Notes under the pieces: generated by a model | Databases searched by the model: none | Told to the model about the DNA's origin: nothing | What the model saw: the letters and a program-made list of their open reading frames with translations, nothing else | Origin: the human T2T-CHM13v2.0 reference genome, Homo sapiens | Reading direction: 5' to 3' (one strand) | DNA: 64,000 nt | NCBI RefSeq assembly: GCF_009914755.1 | Contig: NC_060926.1 | Program-made: the position numbers and the translations under genes | Shown here: one piece after another, positions 27,928-55,120 of the stretch | Numbering within the stretch: position 1 is the first letter of the stretch | Layout: each line of letters opens with the position of its first letter

Positions 27928-29172
27928 TAGTAGAGATGGGGTTTCTCCATGTTGGTCAGGCTGGTCTCGAACTCCCGACCTCAGGTGATCTGCCCACCTC
28001 GGCCTCCCAAAGTGCTGGGATTACAGGCGTGAGCAGCCACGCCCAGCACCTCTTTATTTTTCTTCCCATCACATATCTCCTATGTTTAAACGTCTCTTAA
28101 CCACCTATCTCCACCTACTAGAAAGTGAGCTTCATTAGGACATGAAGGTTTTGTTTGGCTTTGCTCACCACTGTGGGCCCACTGCTAAAACAGAGTCCGG
28201 CATGGATTTAGGCGCAAAATAAATATTGACTGACTGAGTGAAGGACTGGATGGGTGAATGGCTGAATGGCTCCTTGAGCGCAGCATCTCACACTTCTACC
28301 CACCGCCCTGCCAGGCAGAGCCCCTGTCACCTCTCCTTTTCTGGTAATGGCGAGGTCTGTTCACCTGTCCCCTTCCTTGTCTCAGCACGTGTAGTCCTCA
28401 CCAAGAGCTCCTGGATTGATCTCCCTGCCCCAAATCTTCAGCGCCACAAGACGCAGCCCATACTCCTCAGCCAGCCAATCTCCTCATGACCTAGGGCTCA
28501 CCTTCCACCTTGCTTAGGAATTTCCCTCCCCCTGCTCCTGTCCCCCAGCCCGGGTCCCAGTCTCACTAGACCCCTGGTGTGTGCATGTCTGCACCCTTAC
28601 CCACCTTGGTGGCTCAGCTCACCTTCTCCCTTTGCCTGGAGTGGCATCTCCCCTCCTATAGGTCTAGTCCAATGTCACCTTCCTGGGACAACTGGCTTCG
28701 GCTCAGGCTAGAGGGCCCCTCCCTGCCCCAAGACCCCCCCAGCACATGGCAGCTGTCCCCCTTAAAGCCCTCATCACATCCTGCCTCAGGTTATGGCAAG
28801 TGACTGGCCCATCTTGGCTGCCTCCCCAGAGCGAGCTTTTATGGTCCCTGTGCTGGCTCAGAGAGAGCATCATAGATTCACTGAACGAAGAGATAAATGA
28901 CTGAATTAATGAATGGTCTGGCAGGCAGTGAACTCAGAGGCTTCCAAGAGGAGGGAAAAAGCTCCAGAGCATCAGAGGCAATGTCTAGATGGCAGAAGGA
29001 GGCTGGCATCAGTCCTTACAAATATAGGGACATTCTCCAATGGTCAGAGTGATCTCACTTGGAATGGGTTTACGGCTTCTCAGCTTCTCTCCCTCTTTCC
29101 TGGCCTCCTGCCCCTCCGTCCTTATAAAGGATGGTGCCAATACGGAGTGCTCAGTCTGGCCAGCCTACCCAC

Positions 29173-29337
29173 CTGGCCCAGGTCCAGGATGAAGCAGTCC
29201 CCAGTGTTGAAGCTGTCCCAGTTCAGTGCCCGCTCGGTGGCACGGATGTTCTTCTTCCCCTTCACCTGGTAGAGTTTCTTGATGGCAGCTGGGGCTCCTG
29301 TGGAGGTCTTGTGAAATGCTGACTCCACACCACCTTC
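29173..29337 (-). CDS. CAPG: CAPG coding exon 4 of 9
   Basis: 165 nt; [55 protein letters not shown]. Confidence 0.97.
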
Positions 29338-29536
29338 CTGCAGCCCAGACGGCCCATCTGAGTGGACTGACAGGAGACCCAGAGCCCTCTGCACCCCATC
29401 CCACTGGAAGACGGGCAGAAAGGTGGGGACCCGGCTCCAAAGGCACCCGGGTCTTCTGCAGGGTGAGAACCAGCCAGAAGCAGGGCTGGCTCTGAGGGAA
29501 GCTGCAGGGTGGGGGTGCCTAGAGGTGGGCTCTGAC

Positions 29537-29691
29537 CTGGTACTTGAGGCCCCGTGGGAAGTAGCTCATGAAGAGGTCAGACTCATTGCCCTGCACCTCG
29601 CGGTGCTGCACAGGCCGCTCTCCCAGCAGCGTGTTGAGGTGCACAGCCAGCACGGCACAGGCCCCCTGCTCATCCCGGGATGACTGCTGGC
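29537..29691 (-). CDS. CAPG: CAPG coding exon 3 of 9
   Basis: 155 nt; (G)[51 protein letters not shown], gelsolin repeat 1. Confidence 0.97.
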
Positions 29692-29792
29692 CTGGGACAA
29701 GTGGGAGAGGGCAGGGCAAGGCCCTTGTGATCCATACCAGCCCCCTCCCTCCCCTTCCTGGGCCCAACCTTCCCCCATCCAGATCCCCTTAC

Positions 29793-29965
29793 CTATCCAC
29801 AGGTGCAGATGGGAAACCTCTTCTGGGCCATTGTGCAGCACTAGGTAGGAGTCCCCCGAGAAGAAGACGCCCTGGTTCTCTTGCGCCACAGGCACCGGCT
29901 TCAGCTTCTCCACCCGCCACACATGCAGGCCTGGATCCTGCACTGAGCCTGGGAATGGAGAGCCA
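29793..29965 (-). CDS. CAPG: CAPG coding exon 2 of 9
   Basis: 173 nt; [57 protein letters not shown]. Confidence 0.97.
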
Positions 29966-30130
29966 CTGCGAGAAGAGAGAGGGTTGACAGCAGCCTGGAC
30001 CCACTTGCCCAAGCACAGCCCTGGGCAGGCCTGGCGACTGCAGTCTGGGGATGAGGAGAGCAGTGGGGAGGGGCAGCCCTTGGAGGTAAAGAAGGGGAAG
30101 TTGTGAAAGGAGATGGGGCATGCAGCTTAC

Positions 30131-30153
30131 CTCTGGGGAATGGCTGTGTACAT
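30131..30153 (-). CDS. CAPG: CAPG first coding segment (exon spans 30131-30166 including 13 nt of UTR)
   Basis: ccag|ATCTGAAGACAGC ATG TAC ACA GCC ATT CCC CAG AG|gtaag = MYTAIPQ(S); the nine segments sum to 1047 nt. Confidence 0.96.
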
Positions 30154-30481
30154 GCTGTCTTCAGATCTGGAAAGAAAGAAGAAGCCATTATTATTACAAA
30201 TGCCACAAAAAGGACCTCTCACGTGGGGCTGGAGAGGCCCTTTCCAGTGGCCAAGTACTTTCATATTCATCAACTACTCCACCTCTAGGAGCCCTAGTTC
30301 CATTATGCAGACAAAGAAAATGAGTCTCAGAAATGAGTCCAAGGCCACACAGCTAGTGAGTGGTTCATGGAAATAAGGTCTCTGACCCCTGGGCCAGGGT
30401 CTTCCGTCTGCTGAGATCTCACAGAAATTAAAATAAAAGCAGAAATTAACAGAAAACAGAAACAAGAGAGAAGAGCAATGA

Positions 30482-36344
<5,863 letters not shown>

Positions 36345-36394
<50 letters not shown>
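36345..36394 (+). repeat. (CA)25 microsatellite replacing an Alu tail
   Basis: Perfect CA dinucleotide run directly after the Alu 3' end. Confidence 0.97.
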
Positions 36395-36395
<1 letters not shown>

Positions 36396-38330
36396 GCCCC
36401 CTTATCCTTCCAGGCCCGTATCAAGCCCCAGCTGTCCAAGGAAACTTCCAGGACATTAAGTGGCCTCCGCCTTCTCTGGGAGTTCTCCCAGCCCTCTCCC
36501 CTGGGAGCACATACTTTAGCCTGTTTTATAGCATAAACTGGCTGCTTCACATCTCAACTGGAGCAAGGACACACCTGATGCCTCTGTTCCTCAAGCAGCC
36601 CAGCAAAGAGTCTATTCCATTCCACTCAACGTCTGTGCTGGGGGCTTGGCACTGGGGGTGACATGCACAGAGACAAAGAATAGCCCATGTTTTATGGTTT
36701 AGCTGCAGGGTGCAGTGAACAAGGGAGCCACCATACCCAGTGAAACCGCAGACGAACTTCCTCTAAGTGGGGAATGTCACAGAATCACAGATGTCAGCAT
36801 TAGAAAGTGCTAAAGTTGAAGAGGGGAGCTGGGGCCGGGGGGGAGGAATAAAACAAAAAAAAGAAAGCGCTAAAGTTCTTATCTAGTCCTGCTCTGCCTG
36901 CACCGCCCTACACATACCCATACACGCATAGTGCAGAAATCTCTTCTATAGCATCCCTTACCATCCTCTTCTTGAAGGCTTCCAGTGATGGGAAACTCAC
37001 CACCTTACCAAACAGCCTCTTCTACACCTCTTAAAGCCTTTACTTTTCCCCACTCTGCCATAGTGTGGTGAGTTATGGACCCGCCCACCTCCACTACTAC
37101 ACTGTAGGGTCCTTTAGGGCAGGAAGTGTATTTTGCCTCTGGATCTAGCTGGAACCTCATGCAGGTGCTCAAAGAATGCATTTGATTAACTGGACCTGCT
37201 GGGCTCTGATTATTAGACTGGGGTGGCACCTAAGGGATAGCCCAGGATTTCAAAAGGCTGGGACAGGCTGGAGCAGCCCCAGGAGGCAGAGAGCAGGGGC
37301 TAGGGGTCCCAGACTGCCATGGGGCTGGGGGAGGGGAGGACGCAAGTCCTGCTGGCTGTCCCATGGTCCTGACTTAGGCTGTCTTTGAGGACACACTGGG
37401 GGACCTCGGAGAGGAGGTCACCGTTACACACACCTTTAAGGAAAGACTTGACAGCCATCAGAGGGACAAAAATCCTGCCGGGGTCCAGTGGTACCTTTGC
37501 CTTCCTCAGACCCTGATTCCACTGACCCCCAATAGGTCTCTTCCCTTCACAGTCCCTGCTTGCCCCTAGGTGTGAAATGAAACAGCACCTCCACTTCTCC
37601 TGGTGGAGGTAGGTGCCCACCCTCGAAACCAAACTGAATCTCCCAGCCTGGGACATGGCATTCTCAGAATCTAGGTCCAGAGGCCTCATTTGGGGATTCC
37701 AAATGGTTTTTCCCCTGATACCAAATAGGTCTCCTACCCTTCCCCAGGGTCAACCACTTCCTCCCTCCCCACCTCCTACCTCAGACAGTCCACCTAGACC
37801 CTCAGCCAAGGTCTTCCAGAGTTTGCAAAATAATCAAATGTGCCACTTGCATTTGAATTCAAATGGCTAGGACTGCCCTGCCCCCTCCCCAAGCCACTCC
37901 CACCCAAATAGCATCACACCACAGTCCTGTCTTGGGGACAGGCAGCTTCTAATCTGATTTCACCTCCAGTCTGGCTGAGGGCCTTCAGGAGCAGTGTGGT
38001 GGCCTCCGTCAGGAGGTCTGGCACAGCTGGGACAAGCCCTGACCCAAGAGTTCCTCCATGTGCAGCATGGGCACAGCCCACCCATCCTCCCGGGCAGCTT
38101 CACAGCTGCCATCAGATCAGGTGCCTGGAGCCTGGCATAAGGCTGGCAGGACAGCAGGCTGGGGGAACTCCACCCTGGCACAATGTGGTATCCAGAAATG
38201 TGGGTCTCTGTTCCCAGGCCACCACAGCCAGCCCTCGCCTGCCCACCCAGGAGGGTACCAGCCAGCCGCGCTGGCAGCCACCCTGCCACCTTCACCTTTC
38301 AACACTCCTACTTTCCTTTCTTCCTCCTAC

Positions 38331-38430
38331 CTCTGCTTCGTAGGTTCGTCTTCCTTCCAGCCTGCCCCACCCGGCTTCTCACTTCCCTCTTACTTCTCTG
38401 GCTGCCCCAACCACCAGCCCCACCCACCAG
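38331..38430 (-). promoter_or_regulatory. CAPG: CAPG main non-coding exon 1 and proximal promoter (5' end approximate)
   Basis: Minus strand GGCTGGAAGGAAGACGAACCTACGAAGCAGAG|gtagg matches the CAPG 5' UTR as I recall it; ETS/PU.1-like GAGGGAAGTG just upstream. Confidence 0.75.
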
Positions 38431-38864
38431 CCCCACCCCTGGGCTCCTTCCCCAGCCGGTGTGGAGGCGATGTCCCCCGACAGGGAGGGGCAGGCAGTGC
38501 TGGGAGGCCAGCAGGCCTGAAGCAGAAGAGCAGTCACTGGGGTGGGCAGTGGGTATGCCAGGCCGTCTCCTCAGAGGGGCACACAGGGAGGCTGGAGGTC
38601 CACACAGCCCCACCACAGTGGCCTCAGCCCGCTGCAGGTCACAGCCAAGGCAAATCAGGGAGGGCATCTCTGAGTCTGAGACCAGCAAGGAAAGCCATGT
38701 TCTCCATTCAGGGCCTGGGGCAGGCGCTGCACAGCCCCCACCGCTGCTGGGTTAGTCACATTTTCTGGGCAGGGTCACTGGCTTCACATTACTTTTTCCT
38801 CCTCCCTCAGTTTGTCTTTCTCCTTGCCCTGAATGCAAGTATTTGATTTTTTTTAAGATCAGTT

Positions 38865-41620
<2,756 letters not shown>

Positions 41621-41799
41621 ACAAAAGGGCCGGTCGCTCAGCCTAGGACTCTCGGGAGCGGCTAGGAACTCAATGCACATGCTAATGAGTTATCTGGTAA
41701 CGACGCTCTAGAACTAGTTTTTTTACCAGACGCACAGTGTTCCTACCCTTGTGGTCTCCCCTGAGCACTACTGCTTAGTTTGTCCCAAATGAAGTAAAA

Positions 41800-42170
41800 T
41801 AAAGTATTTCTTTAGCACGGACCCACCCTCTCCCGCCTTTTCTTACAGGAAGCCAGGAGACGGCGCGCCCCTAAGAGAGGACCCCGGCTGTGGGAGAAGA
41901 GGAGGGAGCGGGGCGCCCCCGAACCGGCTAAGCCCGTTCGACCCCTACATGGGGAGCCCAGGTCCCCGGCGACCGGACCCCGAAGCGCACTACTTGCCTG
42001 CCAACGCCTTGCTCCGAGGCCCTGGGCGCTGTCTCAGCCGCCCCCCGCCCCCTGGAGGTGCGCGGCCAGGAGCCGCCCCCGGTGAGTCAGAGGGAGGGGC
42101 CCGGCCGGTCTGAGCTGGCGGGGAGCCCCTATGGGAGGCTGGGGCGCCCGAAAGGGTCCTAGAATTGGGC
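41800..42170 (-). promoter_or_regulatory. CAPG: Small CpG island; candidate alternative CAPG promoter and first exon
   Basis: CpG-dense, GC boxes (CCGCCCC), AP-1 site TGAGTCA at 42083-42089, CAG|GCAAGT donor on minus strand at 41998/41997. Confidence 0.65.
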
Positions 42171-42442
42171 GTGGGAAGGAGGGTATAGGGGAAGCTAAGG
42201 ACAAGCTTACTGTGCTGTAAACTTTGCGAGAGAATTGCAGTGTTCACTTCCATTCAATCGTTAGGCCCCCGGCCTCAATCACCCTGTGAACAGCTACTGT
42301 TCTGTGAGAGCCTACTATGTGCTTGGTGCGTCCTCACATCTACTATCATTATTCCTGCTGGAAACATGAAGTCTTTGGGAGGCTCAGAGAGGGTAACTAA
42401 CTTGTCCAGAGTGTCACATTGCTAGTTCAGTAGCAGAACTAA

Positions 42443-42768
<326 letters not shown>

Positions 42769-45378
42769 TGATCTGACCTGCAACACCTGACCCTTCTCTT
42801 CTTTATTCAGAGGAAAACAGGCCAGCAAGCATCTGCACCAGGAGGCCAGGCCTTCTGGAAATGTGTTGGACAGCGATGGGTCCACACTTCCGCCTTGGCT
42901 CCTGAATGTGGCATAGCCAACCCATGAGAGATGTCAGTTGACAAAGAGCATGAGGATCAGGCCATGGCCTTGTGACACAGTGGTAAGATCCTTTTGTGGG
43001 AGGCAGCTTCGAAAATCCCAACCAGAATGAGTTTCTCTGAAGTCCATGGGTGGGGCCTGGGGTAAGGAAACAATCTTTCTATCTGGGTGACCTCAGACAA
43101 GCACACTCCAGCAAGGAGTCCTCGGAAACCACCTCCCGCTGCCTACTATCTGCCTTCCTTTGACCAACTCTGCTCACTCTGCAGACTCAGCTTAAATATC
43201 CCTCCTCTGAAACTCCCTCTGCAGTGCTCCCCAGGTATTCTGGACATCAAGCCACTGGGCCACCTGCATCTACACGCCCATGGGAACACTTCTCAGGCAC
43301 ACCCGATAGCAAAAGTGGATTTGGATCCATGGGCAACCTGGCCTGCTTCCAGACAACTAGGCCTCTCCAAGGTTGTGCCCAGGCATAGTCCTTCCAGAGC
43401 ATTCAGTTTTTGTTTTGTTTTGCTTAGGTCAAATTTATAGTGAAATGCACAAATCATGTGTACATTTAAATCAGTTTTGACAGATGCAACACCCATGTAA
43501 CCCACATCCCTACCAAGATATAAAACACTTCTATCACACCAGAAAGTTCCCTCCCCACCATGTGCTTCCTCCACCATAATGTTAGCACCTCTAGCCAGGG
43601 ACCGTGTCAAGTCATCCTTGCAATCCCAGCACCCTGCATAGCGCCCAGCAGGTAATAGGCACTCAAAAAAATTTTTACTGAATGCATTAACAGATTAGAC
43701 AGCAAAACCCCCACATTCTAATACTGCCCAGATTCTGTTGCCTCGGGATAATCCCTTAAGACTTCCTAGCCACAGATTCCTCATCTGTGAAACGAGAACA
43801 GAAGCCCCAGTCCTCCTACCTTGGAAGGTTGTGAGGATTCAATGAAAGGCTGCTTTTTTTCTTTTTTCTTTTTTTTTAAGAGACAGGGTCTCACTCTGTC
43901 ACCTAGGCTCTGGAGTGCAGTGGCATGATCATAGCTCCCTGCAGCCTTGAACTCCTGAGCTCAAGTGATCCTCCTTCCTCGGCCTCCCAAAGTGCTGGGA
44001 TTACAGGAGTGAGCCACTGTGCCCAGCCGGGAGGATCTGCAAAAAGAATGAAGGCCTGGACAATGCAAGATACCATCACCATTATTAATAAACTCCTACT
44101 TCTAGGATGAACACCTGGCTGAAGAAACCCAGGAGAGAGAAGCACTGGACACTGGCTTCTGGGCTTAGCTGCTTGGACTCTGGCCAAGGTCTGGGGATGT
44201 CCAGGACAATCAGCTTTCTGCTTCTGTGCCCATAAACTCGGGGTATGGACTCATTTCCAGTGCTGAGAAGTTCTGAAATTGCAAAAGATTCTTCCTAGCA
44301 AGTTCTCGACCTGTCTTCTAACTACCCTGCCATGTGGCCCTCTCTGGGCCTCAGTTTCCCATCTGTGAATGAAAGCACTAGACTCGAAGGGTCCCTTCTG
44401 GCTCCTCTAACTCCAACCGAGAGGCACAGCTCAGGCTGAGCAGTTGCATTTCCTCATCACGGGGGACTGACAGGGATCTTTTGCAATGCTCAATTCTAAC
44501 ATCAAAATTCCCCCAAATATTCCTTTTTTTTTCTTTTTTCGAGACAGAGTCTCACTCTTGTCGCCCAAGCTGGAGTGCAATGGCACAATCTCAGCTCACT
44601 GCAACCTTCCCCCCCGCCGGTTCAAGTGATTCTCCTGCCTCAGCCTCCCGAATATCTGGGACTACAGGCGCACGCCACTATGCCAGCTAATTTTTTTGTA
44701 TTTTTAGTAGAGACAGGGTTTCATCATTTCGGCCAGGCTAGTCTCGAACTCCTGACCTCAGGTGATCTGCCTGCCTCGGCCTCCCAAAGTGTTGGGATTA
44801 CAGGTGTGAGCCACCTCACCGGCCCCAAATATTTATTTGAAGACATTGATTCAGGATGCTTCTAGCCATTAAATTTGATTTGCAAATGAATTTTTCTGGA
44901 TCACCTCACAGGCCCTGGGGAATGGCCAGGGGTCTGGGTGGCCATATTTTCCGAATAAAGCTCAAAACCAAAACTTTGGTTTTGCCTTTTCTTAAATCAC
45001 TGCTAGGTGCTCAGGGGCAACCAGAACAGTGACATGCTGGAATTCCTTGTGACTTCTTGGGAAAGTGGGACTGTCCAGTACAGCATGAGTGGCCTGGGGA
45101 GGGCACCAGGTGCCTGGGATGGGGGGACTAGTCCCCCAGAAGACAAGTTTACCCCTGTACAGCCAGCGTCACACTGGGTACTCAACACCATAACAGCTAA
45201 CACTATTGTGTGCTGCCACTATATGCCAGGTGCTATCCTTGATATGATTTTCTCATTTAATCCTTGCATTTACTCTCTAACATGGATCCTCTTATTATCC
45301 TCCTTTGATAGATGAGGAAACAGAGATAAAGAGAGATAAAGTAGGTCAAAATCACTTGTTCTAGGTCCCACTTAGTAA

Positions 45379-45715
<337 letters not shown>

Positions 45716-46229
45716 TGAACCCCTGACCTCAGGTGATCTGCTTGCCTCAGCCTCCCAAAATGCTAGGATTACAGGCGTGAGCCACTGCGCCCGGCCATAC
45801 CCTCCCTTTTGAGGTGAGGCTCTTGAAGGCCCAGACCTTTCCTCCAGTGCTTTGAGGTCTGATCCTGATGATAATAACACCTCACTCATAACCTGGACTT
45901 CACAGTTTACAAAACACCCCTCCTCCTCACCCCCTCCCAAACTCGGTTTATTTTTGTCGTTAAAGCAGAGTTGTAGGCCAGGGTGGACCATAGGTTTTCT
46001 TGGTCACGAGAGACTTCCTCCCTCCCTGGGCTCCCCTCTGTAGTGGTGCCAAATAAAAATCTGATCAGTCAAGCCTGTAAGGTAACTAGCGCTAATGTGC
46101 AGAGCCAGTCCTGGGCAGGCCTGTTCATTATTTTGCACACTCTTACACCGAAAGGGCCCAGGACCCTCGCCTGACCCAGCCTTGCCTGCCAGGCCTGGGC
46201 TGGGTCTCCCAGCCCAAATTCTCACAAGA

Positions 46230-46960
46230 GGGCCGACTCCGGCCAGAGCGCGCCCCTCTTTGTGCCTCGGTTTGCCCACCTAGAGGTCAGTCCCGCAGGC
46301 GTGGCGGGTACATCTCAGGGTCGGCAGAAAGTGCCACCGGGAGCCCAGCCGGAGTTGAGGGCCTCGCGCCGGGCCCACTGTCCAGATCCAGGGCTCACGA
46401 GAAAAACGAGGACGCAGGAGAGCCACACGCCAGGCCGCGTGTAAGGCCCCAACCCGGCCCCAGCCTGGGCCCTAGACCCCTACGAACTACAAATCCCAGC
46501 AGGCAGTGGGCCGCGGGGCGGGGTCTCGGAAGCTGCGGCCTGTGGTGCCTTTGCTGAGCCCAGGTCCGGAGGGCCCTCGGGGACGGGAGCACCACAACAG
46601 ACCCCCGGACACACTTACACACACAGTCTCACAAACACACAGTCACACACGCACACACACACACGCGCGCGCGCGCGCGCGCCTTTTGGCCCCTCCCCTA
46701 CAAACTACAAATCCCGGCAGGCAGCGGGCCGTTGGGCGGGGCCTTGGGTGCTGATCCGGACGCAAAGATTGCGCCAGCCAGGGTGGGATCCCGGTAGCTA
46801 GGTGGGGGCTACCCTGCTGGGGAAGAGATGGCCTTCTCTCCTCGCAAACCCAGCTCCCCACCCCTGCACGCGCCCCTCTGCCCTGGAGTCGCTGGTCCGA
46901 GCCCTCCTTCTCTGCGAACCTGAGCCCCGCCCTGCCCTCCCTACGAGGTTGGGGCCGTGG
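46230..46960. promoter_or_regulatory. CpG island; candidate bidirectional CAPG (distal) / SH2D6 promoter
   Basis: High CpG density, two ACTACAAATCCC motifs (46486, 46704), GC boxes, lies between the divergent genes. Confidence 0.8.
46644..46682. repeat. (CA)n(CG)9 alternating purine-pyrimidine tract
   Basis: 39 bp uninterrupted alternation: CACACACGCACACACACACACGCGCGCGCGCGCGCGCGC. Confidence 0.95.
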
Positions 46961-48029
46961 GAGATGAAGATGGTGGGTGGGGGGTTGGGCCCACAGCCTG
47001 CTAAGCAGGCAGAGTGGCCTCCTGAACCCTTCCTCCATCGCCTAGAGCAAACTCCCATTCCTGGAAGGAGGAGCAGCCCAGACCCTGAGACTGGACTAGG
47101 TCTGTTAGGGTCCCTGTGTGGCCGGCAGGACTCGTGGTGAAGCCCGGGGAAGGCCTGGGTCCTCCAGGTCAGGGATGTAGGTCCCAGGGTGTGCAGGCCG
47201 CGGTATCTGACCATCGTCGGCGCCCTGCGCCCAGGCATCAATTTTACATGGCAGAGTCAAGGTGAGGTTAGGAGGCTGCCAGGAGGTAATAATCAGGGCG
47301 CTCGCATTCAACATCCTCTCTCTCAAAGCACTCTCCTCACACCTCAGGGTCAAATGTCAGAGCTCTTGTCCTAACTTCCCAGGTTGCCCAAGGAGCTTCT
47401 GAGGCGCTACAGAAGGGACTTACCCAGACCCTTCAGTGCAAGCCAGGAACTCAGGGTCCGGCCTGCTCGGTAGGATGAGCTGTGCTGAGGCCCTACTTCA
47501 TCCACCCTTCTGGGCCAGGGCAGCCTCTTTCCAGAGGCCTCTTCTCAGCTGATTTCTGGCTCCCAAGCGGGAGACTCAGGTTACACCTGTATCGGGAGCA
47601 GTGACACCACAGTGGCCAGCAACACATTGGACTTTCTGTCTCCAACTCCATTTTCAGCTTTTACACTTCCTGATCTGGGCATATACTGCTACATACTGGA
47701 TCATCAAGGAAGGAGGAAAATACCTAGTCAATGAAGGTTTAGCCATGACCTTGTAAGTCAGTGAGATTTCATTCTTGTGTGGTTAGTTCGAGGCGAGCTA
47801 CTTCCTAGAAATATTTCATTTGATCTCTAAACACCTAGAAACAGCTCCAAAAGGGATATTCAAAGTAGATTGCCCAGATTCTCTTGATAGCAGATGTGGG
47901 GTTCATATTAACTGGTCGCGTGGTCTCTAAGCATGCCTATTTCTGCCTGGGAAGTTCTCAAAGGTTTGGTTTTCTGAGTGTTTCTGTTAAAACAATCAGC
48001 CTTTTGTTGAGTAGCCCTTTTGCCCCTAG

Positions 48030-53585
<5,556 letters not shown>

Positions 53586-54299
53586 GATTAAAGTTCTTAA
53601 CTGAAAGTAAGAGAAACAGACTCTAGCTAGTTTAAGCTGGAAAATAAATTATTAAAACTATTCTGTAGCTCATAGCATCTCCAGCAGGGCTAGAGAGTTA
53701 GCCAGGAATAATGTCCCAAAGGTCACAGCCAAGCCAGCCTGGCAGAGCCACCCTGGACACTGATACCACTGTTTGCCAATGCCATTGATTTGGGCCCTGG
53801 GTGGTGGCACTAAGGGCTCACTCCCCTAAGCCTCTGGAAACAGGATTTGGCTGTCACCACCCTCCCAGGGTGCATTTTTCTTGGTGCCTGATGCAGGTTC
53901 AGAGTCTGGCACGGGGCCTCTGGCTGGCAGACCCTGCACCTCAGCGGCAAGGGGAGGCTGGGAAGGCCTCACCTGGCTTCTGCAATTGGAAACGAGGATT
54001 CATGAGGCGGAGAACTCCCCAAATGTAAAGCATGTTTAGCAGCCAAAAAGGATGGCAGATGTCCCCTTCTGTTCTTGGTGAGCCCAGCCACCCACATCTC
54101 CGCGGCTCTTCCTCCACGTGCTGCGCTCTCCCACCTCTGAGACCTCTGACCACAGCCTGCTTACCTGTCCCCCTGCAGGTCCTCAGAGCCACCTCCATCT
54201 TCCTCCTTGCAATGAATCCCACTCCACTCACACCACGGGTCCCGGCTACACTTCGCCATCTTCTCTGTCTGCTGGCAAAAATGACCTCAAGTATTTCTT

Positions 54300-55120
54300 C
54301 CATATGTAGGTTTTCGTCCACGGTTCCAGGCTCATAACTCCCACAGCCCTGTTTAGAGCCTTTGATTATGATGTTGGCTGTGTTAGGCCTCAGGAGCAGG
54401 CCTTGGGGAAACAGAATCTCTCTGGCCTTTTCCTGTCCTCCTTTCACCCGCCTAAGGCCGTACTCTAATCTTCCTCCACCTTTCTGATTGTGGGACCCTA
54501 ATTCCAGAGAGGGTCCTGCCCCATACTCTGGGAGAAGGAATGCTGTGGTTATGAATCTTCTATAAAAACCCAAGAGGCCTGGTTCAGAGAGCTTCTCCAT
54601 AGCTGACCATGTGAGGCTCCTAGAGTGTGGTGTGCCCACGGAGGGCATGGAGCCTCCACACCCTTTCCCACTATTTCTGCCCTACACATCTCTTCATCTG
54701 TATCCTTTGCAATATCCTTCATAATAAACCAGTAAACATAAGTAAGTGTTTCACTGAGTTCTGTGAGCTGCTGCTCCAGCAAATTAATCAAACCCAAAGA
54801 GGAGGTTGTGGGAACCCCAGCTTGAAGCCAGTTGGTCAGAAGTTCTGGAGGCCCAGACTTGTGCCTGGTATCTGGGGTGGCCGGGCAGGCGTCTTGGGGA
54901 CTGAGCCCTCAACCCGTGGGATCTGACTCTGTCTCCAGGTAGGTAGTGTTGGAATTGGGTTGGAGGACACCCCGCTGTGTCCGCTGCAGAACTGATTGCT
55001 CACTGGGTGGTGGGGAGAACTGCCCACCCCGCCACCACGTTTGGTCACAGAAGTCTGCTCTGTGTTGACTGTTATTGTGTGAGAGCAGGGGAAAAATCCA
55101 TTTGAGTTTTATCTAAACAC
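54300..55120 (+). mobile_element. MER21A/B-like LTR
   Basis: CTCTTCATCTGTATCCTTTGCAATATCCTTCATAATAAACCAGTAAACATAAGTAAGTGTTTCACTGAGTTCTGTGAGC, typical of MER21. Confidence 0.75.

Noticed and set aside
38058-38846. Longest ORF in the window (262 aa, +) over the CAPG promoter
   Set aside because: Low-complexity Pro/Gly/Ser/Ala product with no recognisable domain; several overlapping frames are also open, as expected in GC-rich DNA.
53941-54648. 235-aa minus-strand ORF
   Set aside because: Runs across LTR remnants, has no domain similarity I recognise and no splice or promoter support.
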